Assembly: GCA_963727805.1 (NCBI GenBank)
Contig: CAVSHF010000003.1
Location: 352,001 to 416,000, forward strand
Length of the DNA: 64,000 bases
Source: an uncultured Nitrospiraceae bacterium
GTDB taxonomy: Bacteria > Nitrospirota > Thermodesulfovibrionia > Thermodesulfovibrionales > Dissulfurispiraceae
Direction of reading: 5' to 3'
The notes beneath the pieces were generated by a model. The model saw nothing but the letters and a program-made list of their open reading frames with translations, ran no database searches and was not told where the DNA came from. Of the stretch, positions 1 to 10,380 are shown in pieces (the first letter of the stretch is position 1; each line of letters opens with the position of its first letter). Both the position numbers and the translations under genes were made by a program.

Positions 1-42
1 ATTGAGCGCGACGAAAAAGAGTGGGCGTCTAAAAAGGTCTGA
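1..42 (+). CDS. 3' end of an upstream gene truncated by the window edge (IERDEKEWASKKV*)
   Basis: Open frame 1 ending TGA at 40-42, 50 nt before the next gene; too short to identify. Confidence 0.35.
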   Translation: MERDEKEWASKKV

Positions 43-92
43 AAAACAGGAGCCTGTTTTGTGGTTAAGAGACAAAGTCAAAGGAGAGCGTA

Positions 93-932
93 ATGCGCCT
101 AGTTAAAGCCGGCGACATCAAGGCAAAAGTGGCTCAAATGTGTATAGATACGAACCGCTACCTTCCGGAGGATGTGCTTAAGCGATTAGAGGAGTGTGCG
201 GCAAAGGAAACGTCACCGACTGCGGTCGAAATCTTTCGCCAACTTAAGGAAAACGCGGCACTAGCTGCGGAGACTGGTCTTCCTCTCTGTCAGGACTGCG
301 GCTTGGCGGTCTTCTTCGTAGAGATCGGCGAGGATGTAAAGATTGAGGGTGGCAATTTAAAAGAATCCATCACCGGGGGGATGGTGCAGGGTTACAAAGA
401 CGGTTACCTGCGCAAGTCATCCTGCGATCCATTTACCCGCAAGAACACCGGCAACAATGCCCCAGCAATCATCCACGTAGACCTAGTGCCCGGCGACAGG
501 TTGAAATTATGGATGATGGCAAAAGGCGGAGGAAGCGAGAACATGTCACGTGTGGTTCTGCTCGCTCCTGCTGAAGGCTGGGCAGGTATCAAAAAGTTTG
601 TTGTGAACAGGGTTGCAGAGGCAGGGTCCAACCCGTGCCCACCGGTTATTATCGGCGTCGGCATAGGAGGTAACTTTGAGATGGCTCCCCTCATGGCCAA
701 AAAGGCCCTTCTTCGGCCTCTTGGTGATTCTCATCCAGATCCAGCCATTGCAATACAGGAAGCAGAACTTTTGGACGAAATCAACAAACTCGGTATCGGA
801 CCTATGGGCCTTGGTGGCGTGACGACGTGCCTGGACGTTAAGATCGCTGCTGCACCTTGCCACCTGGCCAGCCTGCCGCTTGCGGTCAATGTCCAGTGCC
901 ATTCTGCGAGGCATAAGGAGGTGGAACTATAA
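93..932 (+). CDS. Fe-S hydro-lyase (fumarate hydratase class I / tartrate dehydratase) alpha subunit
   Basis: PLCQDCG, KGGGSEN, GSNPCPP and HLASLPLAVNVQCHSARH motifs; RBS AAGGAG. Confidence 0.92.
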   Translation: MRLVKAGDIKAKVAQMCIDTNRYLPEDVLKRLEECAAKETSPTAVEIFRQLKENAALAAETGLPLCQDCGLAVFFVEIGEDVKIEGGNLKESITGGMVQGYKDGYLRKSSCDPFTRKNTGNNAPAIIHVDLVPGDRLKLWMMAKGGGSENMSRVVLLAPAEGWAGIKKFVVNRVAEAGSNPCPPVIIGVGIGGNFEMAPLMAKKALLRPLGDSHPDPAIAIQEAELLDEINKLGIGPMGLGGVTTCLDVKIAAAPCHLASLPLAVNVQCHSARHKEVEL

Positions 933-1489
933 TGGCGACTGAACACAGACTGACAACCCCTCTGAGTGACGCAGATGTCATGCAACTGAAAACAGGAGAT
1001 GTTGTTTTTATAACCGGCACCATTTATACGGGACGTGATGCAGCACACAAGCGCATGTTCGAGGCCCTGGATAAAGGTGATGTACTGCCATTCAACGTCA
1101 AGGGGGCGCTGATCTATTACGTAGGTCCAGCCCCTGCGCCACCCGGACGTCCTATTGGATCCTGCGGACCGACTACGAGCTACCGGATGGATACATACGC
1201 TCCCAGGTTACATAGTCTCGGTTTGAAGGGGACAATCGGGAAGGGCAAGCGTAACGATGCGGTTAAAGATGCCATGAAAAAGTATAAAGCGGTCTATCTT
1301 GCAGCTACAGGTGGCGCCGGGGCTCTTCTGTCTCTTTGCGTGCAGGAAGCCAGGGTCGTCGCCTACGAAGACCTTGGCCCCGAAGCTGTTATGGAACTGA
1401 AGGTGAAGGATTTCCCGTTGCTTGTTATTAATGATGCTTTTGGCGGCGAGTTGTACGTGCAACCGAAACTCCAGGTGCTGGAACGCTAA
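932..1489 (+). CDS. Fe-S hydro-lyase (fumarate hydratase) beta subunit
   Basis: TGRDAAHKR, GPTTSYRMD and GGAGALL motifs; TAATG coupling to the alpha subunit. Confidence 0.92.
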   Translation: MATEHRLTTPLSDADVMQLKTGDVVFITGTIYTGRDAAHKRMFEALDKGDVLPFNVKGALIYYVGPAPAPPGRPIGSCGPTTSYRMDTYAPRLHSLGLKGTIGKGKRNDAVKDAMKKYKAVYLAATGGAGALLSLCVQEARVVAYEDLGPEAVMELKVKDFPLLVINDAFGGELYVQPKLQVLER

Positions 1490-1536
1490 GGGACTCAAGA
1501 AATACAGAAAACTGATCGACAGAAGGAGGAAACACA

Positions 1537-2856
1537 ATGGCTCTGTACACTAAAGAAGAAGCCTTAACGTATCACAGCACTTTTCCGCAAGGTAAGGTGG
1601 AGGTAGTCCCGGTCAAGCCCTGCATAACCCAGAAGCATTTATCCATGGCCTACTCGCCAGGCGTGGCAGAGGCTTGCCGCTCAATTGCGGCTGACCCGGC
1701 CGACGTCTACAAGTACACCAACAAAGGGAACCTGGTCGCCGTTGTTTCAAACGGGACTGCAATCCTTGGGCTTGGCAATCTTGGTCCATTGGCCGCCAAA
1801 CCGGTTATGGAGGGCAAGGGAGTTTTATTCAAGACCTTTGCCGATATAGACGTATATGACATCAATCTCGATGCCAAAGACCCCGATTTGATCATAAGTG
1901 TTTGCAAGGCGCTTGAACCGACCTTCGGAGGCATCAACTTGGAGGACATCAAGGCACCGGAATGTTTCTACATAGAAGAAAAGTTGAAGAAGGAGATGAA
2001 CATACCGGTGTTTCATGACGACCAGCACGGAACCGCTATTATCTCCGGAGCAGGCCTGATCAATGCAATGGAGATATCCGGAAAGAAGGTTGAAAACCTG
2101 AGGGTTGTGGTCTCGGGCGCCGGCGCGGCAGGTATCGCATGCTGCAAGTTCTACGTATCTTTGGGCGTTCCCCTCGAAAACATTGCGATGTTTGATAGTA
2201 AAGGTCATATTCATGCAGGCCGTACCGACCTCAACGAGCAGAAACGCTATTTTGCCACAAAGAACAAATATGATTCTCTTGCAGATGCGTTCAAGAGCGC
2301 TGATATGTTCCTTGGTCTCTCACAGGCGAATCTGGTGTCCCCCGAGATGGTCAAGAGCATGAACAAGAACCCGATCATTTTTGCCATGGCCAACCCCGAT
2401 CCTGAAATACCATACGCCGAAGCCAGGGCAGCACGTCCTGACCTTATCATGGGCACCGGCCGTTCGGATTTTCCGAACCAGGTGAACAACGTATCGGGCT
2501 TCCCGTATATTTTCCGCGGCGCTCTTGATGTAAGGGCTACATCAATCAATGAGGAGATGAAGCTAGCGGCTGCAAGGTCACTGGCTGCGTTAGCAAAGGA
2601 GCCCGTCCCTCAAGAGATGCTGGATGCATATAAGGTGAAGAAGCTGAGCTTCGGGATCGACTATGTAATTCCCAAGGCGCTCGATACCCGCATGCTCGTG
2701 TGGGAAGCGCCTGCAGTGGCCAAGGCTGCCATGGATACCGGCGTGGCACAGATCAAGATCGATCTGGAGCAGTATAAGAAGGACCTGCGCAAAAGGCTCG
2801 ACAATTCCCAAAAGCGCATTATCGAGTATGTCAAATCCTATAACTTTAACTTTTAG
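1537..2856 (+). CDS. NAD(P)-dependent malic enzyme (no PTA domain)
   Basis: [29 protein letters not shown] and [11 protein letters not shown] motifs. Confidence 0.95.
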   Translation: MALYTKEEALTYHSTFPQGKVEVVPVKPCITQKHLSMAYSPGVAEACRSIAADPADVYKYTNKGNLVAVVSNGTAILGLGNLGPLAAKPVMEGKGVLFKTFADIDVYDINLDAKDPDLIISVCKALEPTFGGINLEDIKAPECFYIEEKLKKEMNIPVFHDDQHGTAIISGAGLINAMEISGKKVENLRVVVSGAGAAGIACCKFYVSLGVPLENIAMFDSKGHIHAGRTDLNEQKRYFATKNKYDSLADAFKSADMFLGLSQANLVSPEMVKSMNKNPIIFAMANPDPEIPYAEARAARPDLIMGTGRSDFPNQVNNVSGFPYIFRGALDVRATSINEEMKLAAARSLAALAKEPVPQEMLDAYKVKKLSFGIDYVIPKALDTRMLVWEAPAVAKAAMDTGVAQIKIDLEQYKKDLRKRLDNSQKRIIEYVKSYNFNF

Positions 2857-2879
2857 GTCGATTTAAATAGCTGTTCTCC

Positions 2880-2902
2880 CCCTGGCAACGCTGTTGCCAG
2901 GG
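2880..2902 (+). terminator. GC-rich hairpin after the malic enzyme gene (possible terminator or stabiliser)
   Basis: CCCTGGCAAC-gct-GTTGCCAGGG 10-bp stem; no clear U tract. Confidence 0.45.
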
Positions 2903-3161
2903 CTGGATCTCTTCAAGCTCGTATGGGGCGCTGCTACGTCATTGTATTAACAATTCATTATATTGAGAATCCGCTAATCAATTGAGATTTGAAAAATATA
3001 CAATCCAATAGGGTAAAAAAGTCGCAATCATTGCTAATCATACTGATTTACCACACACCCTGCATATTTTATATCGCAATGTTAACTATTTTAAATTTCA
3101 TGTCTCAATCCAATAAAAGTTGCTGGCTAGGCAGTGGAATCTCTATTGAACAGAGAACGCT

Positions 3162-4034
3162 ATGCCTCTAGAAAAGCTTTATTCATGTGTTAAGAAAAAA
3201 AAGCTGGAAGAGGGGATCGCGTATATTATTACCGGGGATAAGCATCTTATCGAAGCGCAGATTTATCACGATGTGATAGTGCATGTCAAATCCCGTACGC
3301 TCTCGCATGAACACATAATCGACTCATTGCTCTTCGACAACATTAGTGAGGTCACTGAATCTCCATCAAGTATCAATCTTGATGATATTCAACCCGCGAT
3401 GATTGCAAGGACATTTCATGTGTGCTCCCCATTTGTCTTGACTGCCGATGATACGGTGGCGCAAAGGCTTTTGAGCTTAATGCGGCTACTGGGATATTTG
3501 GTCAAATCAGGTGCCGACGGTAATGCTGCATTTGATGTCGTCGCCGCAGCAATTTCTGGAGCTTATCCCAAATTCTCCTTGGAAAGCGCGATGATCAAGA
3601 AAAGGATTGATAATTTTTCGAATGAGTTTCTCATCGCTTACCCATTTCTTAACAGTGAACCGCTCCCCACTGACGGTCGCCTTATTCCTGGATGGGTTTT
3701 CAATAAGATAACGATACCGGACGGTCTATTTAAGGACATCTATATTTATTTCATATTTCTTGGCGAGATATTCGAGCCTGTATTCAGGACCACTGTCAAG
3801 AAGGAATCCGGATTTGGAGCTAAAGTTGGGCACGCCAGGATGTCGCGGGCCATTTACAGCGTCGCAGCAAAAAGCAAATCAGTCATCATATTCAAAGGGA
3901 CGTCGAAAGCGGGCGAATTGAATCTTCTGTGCCACGCAGAAAAGAAAATGGGCATACTCATAACGAAGACTGATTTGGATAAGCTCAGTATTAGAGATGG
4001 AGACACGGTAAGTCTTATTTTCAAGACAAAATAG
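3162..4034 (+). CDS. Hypothetical protein
   Basis: 290-aa ORF with no competing long ORF; only weak domain resemblances. Confidence 0.7.
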   Translation: MPLEKLYSCVKKKKLEEGIAYIITGDKHLIEAQIYHDVIVHVKSRTLSHEHIIDSLLFDNISEVTESPSSINLDDIQPAMIARTFHVCSPFVLTADDTVAQRLLSLMRLLGYLVKSGADGNAAFDVVAAAISGAYPKFSLESAMIKKRIDNFSNEFLIAYPFLNSEPLPTDGRLIPGWVFNKITIPDGLFKDIYIYFIFLGEIFEPVFRTTVKKESGFGAKVGHARMSRAIYSVAAKSKSVIIFKGTSKAGELNLLCHAEKKMGILITKTDLDKLSIRDGDTVSLIFKTK

Positions 4035-4046
4035 GGGGCTGAGAGA

Positions 4047-4277
4047 ATGGATTTCACTACTTTATTAAACCTTGGTCTGAGCTTGACGATTGTTTTCCTG
4101 GCCATCAAAAGGTATCTTCAATCGGAAGTCAAGGCTTTTGCATTTATCGGCATCGGTTTTTTTATGTTTGCCATATCGCATTTTTCTTTACTCATGGGAT
4201 GGGGATCTTATAAAACTCTCTTGTCGATTATACGGGCCGCGGGCTATATCTTAGTTGTCATCGGATTAATTTTTTAA
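4047..4277 (+). CDS. Small membrane protein (about 3 TM segments)
   Basis: 76-aa hydrophobic ORF directly after 3162-4034. Confidence 0.7.
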   Translation: MDFTTLLNLGLSLTIVFLAIKRYLQSEVKAFAFIGIGFFMFAISHFSLLMGWGSYKTLLSIIRAAGYILVVIGLIF

Positions 4278-4357
4278 CTTCCAGGACAAGAAGCCTCTCT
4301 TGCGTATCTCTTTAACGGGCAGATATAATAGCTAAAATATAAAACAAGGGAAAAGCT

Positions 4358-5821
4358 ATGGCATACAAGGATTTAAGGGAGTTCCTCAATATACTTGAAA
4401 CGAATGGAGAGCTCCACCGGATCAAAGTCGAAGTTGACCCCATTCTCGAAATATCGGCTATCACTGACCGCATGTGTAAAAGTGCAGGTGGCGGGAAAGC
4501 CCTTTTTTTTGAAAAGGTAAAGGGGTCGTCGCATCCGGTGGTTACGAATATCTTCGGTTCTTTTAAAAGGATGTGTCTTTCCCTTGGTATTGGACACCTG
4601 GACGATGTTGCGCAAAGGATCGAAGAACTGCTGAACCAGGCTCCTCCGAAGACACTCATTGAGAAGCTCTCGATGCTACCGAAGCTATTCGAATTTTCCA
4701 GGTATCTCCCCAAAACGGTCAGGAATGCTCCATGCCAGGAAGTGATAGAGAAGGACGCTCCTGATTTGAGCAAATTCCCCATTCTTAAATGTTGGCCCGA
4801 TGATGGACAGCCCTCGGATGAAGGAAGGTTTATTACGCTCCCTATGGTCTTCACCAGAGACCCTGATACGGGCAGGCCTAACTGCGGCATGTACAGGATT
4901 CATGTCTATGATAAGAAGACCACTGGCATGCACTGGCATATCCATAAGGACGGAGCTAGGCATTATGATAAATACAAGGCACTGAATCAAAGGATGCCCG
5001 CTGCAATAGCTATTGGAAGCGATCCTGCTGTGATATATGCTGCTACAGCCCCGCTTCCTGAGGCAGTTGATGAAATGCTATTTGCAGGCTTCCTCCGGAA
5101 AGAGCCGGTTGAGATGGTCAAGTGCATCACTTCTGACATCGAGGTGCCGGCAAACAGTGAACTCGTGATAGAAGGTTATCTCGATCCTAGCGAAACGCGT
5201 CTTGAAGGACCCTTTGGTGACCATACGGGATTTTATTCCGCTGCCGATTACTACCCTGTATTCCATATAACCTGCATTTCTCACAGAAAAGATATGATTT
5301 ATCCTGCAACGATAGTTGGCAAACCGCCCATGGAAGACTGTTATATGGGTAAGGCGACAGAGAGAATATTCTTGCCGCTTATGAAGCTCGATTTCTCTGA
5401 GATTAAGGATATCAACCTCCCTATGGAGGGGGTATTCCATAATGCTTGTCTCATATCGATCAGAAAGAGCTATCCGGGTCAGGCAAAAAAGGTTATACAC
5501 GGTCTATGGGGCAAGGGGCAGATGATGTTCGCCAAACTCTTGATTGTCGTCGACGAGGATGTGGACGTACAGGATATTTCCTATACGGCCTGGCGTGTGC
5601 TGAATAATGTTGACTGGAAGAGAGATGTTGTTATTGCGGAAGGTCCTCTTGATGACCTCGATCATGCAGCCAGTTTCCCGCGCTACGGCGCCAAGATGGG
5701 AATCGATGCAACCCGCAAAACACGGGAAGAAGGCATGATGAGGGAATGGCCGCAGGAACTGTTCATGTCGGAAGAGATTAGGCGTCATGTGGATAAGAGA
5801 TGGAAAGAGTATGGATTCTAG
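4358..5821 (+). CDS. ubiD: UbiD-family (prFMN) decarboxylase, probably menaquinone/futalosine pathway (MqnL-like)
   Basis: YKDLREFL start, NCGMYR, EGPFGDHTGFY and KMGIDAT motifs. Confidence 0.9.
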   Translation: MAYKDLREFLNILETNGELHRIKVEVDPILEISAITDRMCKSAGGGKALFFEKVKGSSHPVVTNIFGSFKRMCLSLGIGHLDDVAQRIEELLNQAPPKTLIEKLSMLPKLFEFSRYLPKTVRNAPCQEVIEKDAPDLSKFPILKCWPDDGQPSDEGRFITLPMVFTRDPDTGRPNCGMYRIHVYDKKTTGMHWHIHKDGARHYDKYKALNQRMPAAIAIGSDPAVIYAATAPLPEAVDEMLFAGFLRKEPVEMVKCITSDIEVPANSELVIEGYLDPSETRLEGPFGDHTGFYSAADYYPVFHITCISHRKDMIYPATIVGKPPMEDCYMGKATERIFLPLMKLDFSEIKDINLPMEGVFHNACLISIRKSYPGQAKKVIHGLWGKGQMMFAKLLIVVDEDVDVQDISYTAWRVLNNVDWKRDVVIAEGPLDDLDHAASFPRYGAKMGIDATRKTREEGMMREWPQELFMSEEIRRHVDKRWKEYGF

Positions 5822-5836
5822 TTTGTAAAGTAAGCA

Positions 5837-6958
5837 ATGGATAAAGACCTGCAGACAGCTACCGAGAGCGATATTTTTTTTATGAGACGTGCCTTGAGAC
5901 TCGCCGAAAAAGCGAAGGGGATGACGAGCCCTAATCCGCTGGTGGGAGCAGTCTTAGTCAAAAACGGCAGGATCATTGCGGAGGACTTTCATAAGAAGGC
6001 GGGGGAACTTCATGCCGAGGCACTGGTCCTAGCGAAAGCGCAGGAAAGAGCCAAAAACGCTACACTTTACGTGACTCTTGAGCCTTGCTGCCATACCGAC
6101 AAGAGGACACCTCCCTGCACTTTCGCGATTATCAATGCAGGTATTAAAAAAGTTTTCGTCACCATGAAAGACCCCAATCCTAAGGTATTTGGGAAAGGCA
6201 TACAGGAACTTCGCAATCACGGTATAACAGTGGTTGAAGGTGTTCTCGAAGGGCAGGCGAGAAAGCTCAATGAAGTTTATTATAAATATATCAAAACGAA
6301 GAGGCCATTTGTCATTTTAAAAACGGCCATGACCCTCGATGGAAAGATCGCTACTCCCGAAGGACAATCAAAATGGATAACAGGTGACAGAGCGCGAGCT
6401 TTTGTTCACCGTCTACGATGTGGTGTCGACGCCGTGATGACCGCTGTTGGCACCGTAAAGGCTGACAATCCGGAACTGACCGCCCGCCTCAAATGCAGCA
6501 GACAACCTTTAAGGATCATCATCGACCCTGATCTCGAAACGCCGCTCGATTATAAAGTCTGTAAAACGCCTCCCTGTACTATTTTTGTGACACGGCATCG
6601 ACAACAGGAGAATCAAAAGAAAGCGGAGCTTCACGAAAGGGGTATTCAATTTGTTGAATATGAAGGTCGCAAGGTCGATCTGTCATGGCTGATGGAACAC
6701 CTGGGCAAAATGGGTATTACATCGGTACTAATAGAAGCAGGGTCTTCCTTTAATGCCAGTGCTTTGACAGCGGGAGTTGTTGATAAAGTCATATTCTTCA
6801 TAGCCCCAAAGATTATCTGCGGAAGGGCTTCTATTCAGGTAGTTGGTGGTGAATCTTTTTTTAAACTCGAAGATGCTCTGAATATGTCGGACGTCACCGT
6901 CAGAAAGGTCGGCGAGGACATCATGGTTGAGGGATATATTACGCATTCCACGGCTTAG
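5837..6958 (+). CDS. ribD: Riboflavin biosynthesis deaminase/reductase
   Basis: PNPLVGAV, HAE, TLEPC..TPPC and TLDGKIA motifs. Confidence 0.96.
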   Translation: MDKDLQTATESDIFFMRRALRLAEKAKGMTSPNPLVGAVLVKNGRIIAEDFHKKAGELHAEALVLAKAQERAKNATLYVTLEPCCHTDKRTPPCTFAIINAGIKKVFVTMKDPNPKVFGKGIQELRNHGITVVEGVLEGQARKLNEVYYKYIKTKRPFVILKTAMTLDGKIATPEGQSKWITGDRARAFVHRLRCGVDAVMTAVGTVKADNPELTARLKCSRQPLRIIIDPDLETPLDYKVCKTPPCTIFVTRHRQQENQKKAELHERGIQFVEYEGRKVDLSWLMEHLGKMGITSVLIEAGSSFNASALTAGVVDKVIFFIAPKIICGRASIQVVGGESFFKLEDALNMSDVTVRKVGEDIMVEGYITHSTA

Positions 6959-6993
6959 AGGGTATTTCGAGTGCCTTCAAACGTGCCTGCCGA

Positions 6994-9102
6994 TTATTTA
7001 AAATAAATATTCTGTTCGATCAAAAGCCGCGTTATATCGGCAGCGAGAATTGCCGGGCTGTATAAAAAACCCTGGAATTCGTCGCAGCCCTGCTCGCTAA
7101 GCATGCGGAATTGCTCTTCTGTCTCCACCCCTTCCGCAACAACTTTCAGTTTCAGCGAATGGGCGAGCGCGATAATTGCTTTCACGATTTCGGCGGTGTC
7201 TGAGCTTATTGTCATATCTTTGATGAGGTCTTGGGCGATATTCAGTGCATCTATCGGAAAACGTCTGAGATGACTAAGAGATGAATATCCTGTTCCGAAA
7301 TTATCGACCGATATTTTTATGCCTATGGCTTTAAGTTTATTTAAAATTGCAGTCGTTGCGTCAACGTCATGCATAAGGGCATTCTCGGTAATCTCGAGAT
7401 TGACGCAGCAGGGGTCGAGCCCTATTTCCCCAACTATTCTTTTTACATCGGAGACCAATTCGTTCTGCTTGAACTCAAGGACCGAGAGATTGACAGAAAC
7501 GCATGAGGACAAACCGGCTTTTTTCCATGACATAGCCTGACCGCATGCGCTGCGGAAAACCCATTCTCCCATCGGAACGTTAACCCCAATTTCCTCAGCA
7601 ATCGAGATGACTTGTGCTACGGGTATGTCCAGGATATCGCTGGGATGCCAGCGCAGCAACGCTTCCGCTCCGACGATTCTGCCACTACTGATCTCGTATC
7701 TCGGCTGGTAATGTAGTATGAATTCATTATCATTCAATGCCTTTTTGATCCGATTTTCGATGGATAGGCGGTCTTTAATGTGGATATTCATGGATTCATC
7801 AAAAAACTGAAAGTTATTTCTCCCCCTGATTTTTGCGTGATACATAGCGGTATCGGCGTTACGTATGAGGATATCAATGTCTTCTCCGTCGAGAGGATAA
7901 AAGGCAATCCCGATGCTGGCGGTGATGAACAGTTCTTGGGCAGAGATTAAAAAGGGCTTGGAGAGTTCTTCGAGTATGCGATAGGCGACTTTAGCGACAT
8001 CTTCAGGCTTCTTGATATCAGTGAGCAGAAGCGTAAATTCATCCCCGCCCATACGGGCTACCAGGTCTCCAATGTCCTCGTTGCCGATATGGGCAACCAT
8101 ATCGCTACGGCGCATGCCGCTTATGATCCTGTCGGCGATGGCCTGCAGCAGGAGATCACCTATCTTGTGACCGAGGGTGTCATTAATTAGCTTAAACCGG
8201 TCTAGATCGAGAAAAAGGACTGCGCAGAGTTTTCTCGTTTGTCCTGCTGCTGCGAGTGAGTGGGCAAGATGCTCTCTGAAAAGATTCATGTTCGGCAGGC
8301 GTGTGAGCGAATCGTGATACGCCATATATCGGATATGGTTCTCGGCAGTTGTTCGTTTTGTTATATCGCGCATAAGCATAAGTACCTCATTCTCGCCGCA
8401 TACGACAATGCGAGCCTCGAAATACCGGTCGGTGCTACCCACGGAGATGTGGTATTCGAATGTCTGGTGTTCGCGTGTTTCACGCGCCATGTCCATCGCT
8501 TCCCTGACCTTATCTGCAAGTTCCTGCCGGAATACTTCAGTCACGTGCTTCCCAATCACCTCTTCCGGTCGAACGAGTAAGTCAATATCCAGCCCTGCCT
8601 TGCAATCGAGAAATAGGCCTTGCCGGTCGATTTGGAACATTGAATCCGGAATTGCATTAATAAGTGCCCTGTTTTTTATCTCGCTCCTTACCAGGTTATC
8701 GAAGGTTTCACTCGCCCTCAGCATATACAGGAGTCGGTGTCCGAGGATTGTCCAGTTGATAGGCTTTGTCATAAAATCGGTGCCGCCAGCGTCAAAAGCG
8801 CGCTCAATCGATTCGATATCGTTCCGTCCGGTAATCATCAGGACAGGGATACGCTCTCCCCCAGACATTTTTCTCAATTCGGAACAGACGCTTATCCCAT
8901 CCATCCCCGGCAATATGAAATCGAGGATCACTATATCGGGTTTTCGCGTTTTAAGAAAAGATAGGGCTTTAAGGCCATCTTTGGCCTCTTCTACGGAAAA
9001 CCCCGAAAGTTCCAGCGTAGCGCGGGCTATGTCGCGTATGGCCGCGTCATCATCCACGATAAGTACGGTAGGTTTCTTGAATGTCATGTGACCGATTGTC
9101 AT
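6994..9102 (-). CDS. Response regulator with REC-PAS-GGDEF-EAL domains
   Basis: VLIVDDD receiver, PAS, MGGDEF, AEALLRW; EAL loop 6 reads DNFGTGYSS. Confidence 0.93.
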   Translation of the reverse strand: MTIGHMTFKKPTVLIVDDDAAIRDIARATLELSGFSVEEAKDGLKALSFLKTRKPDIVILDFILPGMDGISVCSELRKMSGGERIPVLMITGRNDIESIERAFDAGGTDFMTKPINWTILGHRLLYMLRASETFDNLVRSEIKNRALINAIPDSMFQIDRQGLFLDCKAGLDIDLLVRPEEVIGKHVTEVFRQELADKVREAMDMARETREHQTFEYHISVGSTDRYFEARIVVCGENEVLMLMRDITKRTTAENHIRYMAYHDSLTRLPNMNLFREHLAHSLAAAGQTRKLCAVLFLDLDRFKLINDTLGHKIGDLLLQAIADRIISGMRRSDMVAHIGNEDIGDLVARMGGDEFTLLLTDIKKPEDVAKVAYRILEELSKPFLISAQELFITASIGIAFYPLDGEDIDILIRNADTAMYHAKIRGRNNFQFFDESMNIHIKDRLSIENRIKKALNDNEFILHYQPRYEISSGRIVGAEALLRWHPSDILDIPVAQVISIAEEIGVNVPMGEWVFRSACGQAMSWKKAGLSSCVSVNLSVLEFKQNELVSDVKRIVGEIGLDPCCVNLEITENALMHDVDATTAILNKLKAIGIKISVDNFGTGYSSLSHLRRFPIDALNIAQDLIKDMTISSDTAEIVKAIIALAHSLKLKVVAEGVETEEQFRMLSEQGCDEFQGFLYSPAILAADITRLLIEQNIYFK

Positions 9103-9240
9103 ACGCGCTCCTATCTGATCTTATCACACTCCAGTAGAGAATCTGAAAAATACGAGAGGGTGTTTCTTGCTTGACCGTGAGGCTTCTCCGGCTTCAATGT
9201 TTGCGGCAATCTAGGCGGTAATCATGTACAATACGTTTAG

Positions 9241-10380
9241 ATGATCCATTATCTCTATATCCATATTCCCTTCTGCCTTAAGAAATGCATTTACTGCGAT
9301 TTTTACTCAGTGCCTGATAGTGTTCCACTCATTGAGGCTTATGTTGAGGCACTCTGCAAGGAGATCGATATGAGGGGCAACCAGATTAACGTGCTTGAGG
9401 CTATTTATATAGGTGGCGGAACACCCTCTCTTCTTAAGGAAAAAGATATTGCAAAAATAATGGGCAAGCTGAAAGGAGAGTGGCGCTTAAGCAGTAAAGT
9501 GGAAATTACCTCCGAGGTTAATCCTGGCACCCTGTCCGACAAAGGTATTAAGGCCATGCTCGATTCAGGCATAAACAGAATCAGCATCGGGGTTCAATCG
9601 CTTGATGACAAAGCATTAAGGCTTCTCGGCAGAATGCATGACGCCGCCGATGCCATAAGAGCACTCCGTGATGCACAAAGAGGAGGCTTTAGAAACATTT
9701 CAGTTGATCTAATCTATGGAATACCAGGACAGGATAACAAGAGTTGGAAAACAACTCTGGACGAGATTGCTCGTCTCCGTCCCGAACATGTCTCTACTTA
9801 TGAACTGACCCCCGAAAAAGACACTCTCCTTCATGAGCAATTGGAGAAGGACAACCTTTGTTTGCCTGATGAGAATACTGTAGCCGAAATGTACTATAGT
9901 GCAATTGATACGCTTGAAGCCTGCGGCTATGGACATTATGAGATATCCAATTTTGCACTTCCCGGTTATGAATGCCGCAATAATCTTAATTACTGGGATA
10001 GGGGTGAATACATTGGCATAGGTGCGGGTGCGCATTCTTTTCGCAATGGTATGAGGTTCGCCAATGTTGGTGACGTGGAAAGCTATATGAATGCGATAAA
10101 TGAAGACAGGCTTCCAGTGACCGAAGAGATGGTCCTTACTCCGCAGGATACGGTTAAAGAAACACTTTTCCTCGGCTTAAGAAAGAAGGAAGGAATTGAG
10201 CTCAGTGAAATGCCAGCTGAAACGGTAGAAAAGATGAAAGAGACCCTGGGGAATCTTGTTCTCCAGGATCTAATCGAGCCTTCTGACAATCGCATTAAAC
10301 TGACGCGAAAAGGACTCCTCCTCTGTAACGAAGTTATTGTCCGGCTAATGTTATGTATTGAACGAAGCCGCCTCGCATGA
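9241..10380 (+). CDS. hemW: Radical SAM heme chaperone HemW
   Basis: YIHIPFCLKKCIYCDF, GGGTPS, YEISNF, N.NYW. Confidence 0.88.
   Translation: MIHYLYIHIPFCLKKCIYCDFYSVPDSVPLIEAYVEALCKEIDMRGNQINVLEAIYIGGGTPSLLKEKDIAKIMGKLKGEWRLSSKVEITSEVNPGTLSDKGIKAMLDSGINRISIGVQSLDDKALRLLGRMHDAADAIRALRDAQRGGFRNISVDLIYGIPGQDNKSWKTTLDEIARLRPEHVSTYELTPEKDTLLHEQLEKDNLCLPDENTVAEMYYSAIDTLEACGYGHYEISNFALPGYECRNNLNYWDRGEYIGIGAGAHSFRNGMRFANVGDVESYMNAINEDRLPVTEEMVLTPQDTVKETLFLGLRKKEGIELSEMPAETVEKMKETLGNLVLQDLIEPSDNRIKLTRKGLLLCNEVIVRLMLCIERSRLA

Noticed and set aside
2880..2902. Similarity of this hairpin (CCCTGGCA...TGCCAGGG) to the one at 51412-51433 as a repeat family
   Set aside because: Only an 8-nt arm is shared, and the flanks (GAAT, GGATGTCAA) are absent; likely coincidence
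10334..10380. 47-nt convergent overlap of hemW and degP as antisense regulation
   Set aside because: Short 3' overlaps of convergent genes are common, and nothing else supports a function
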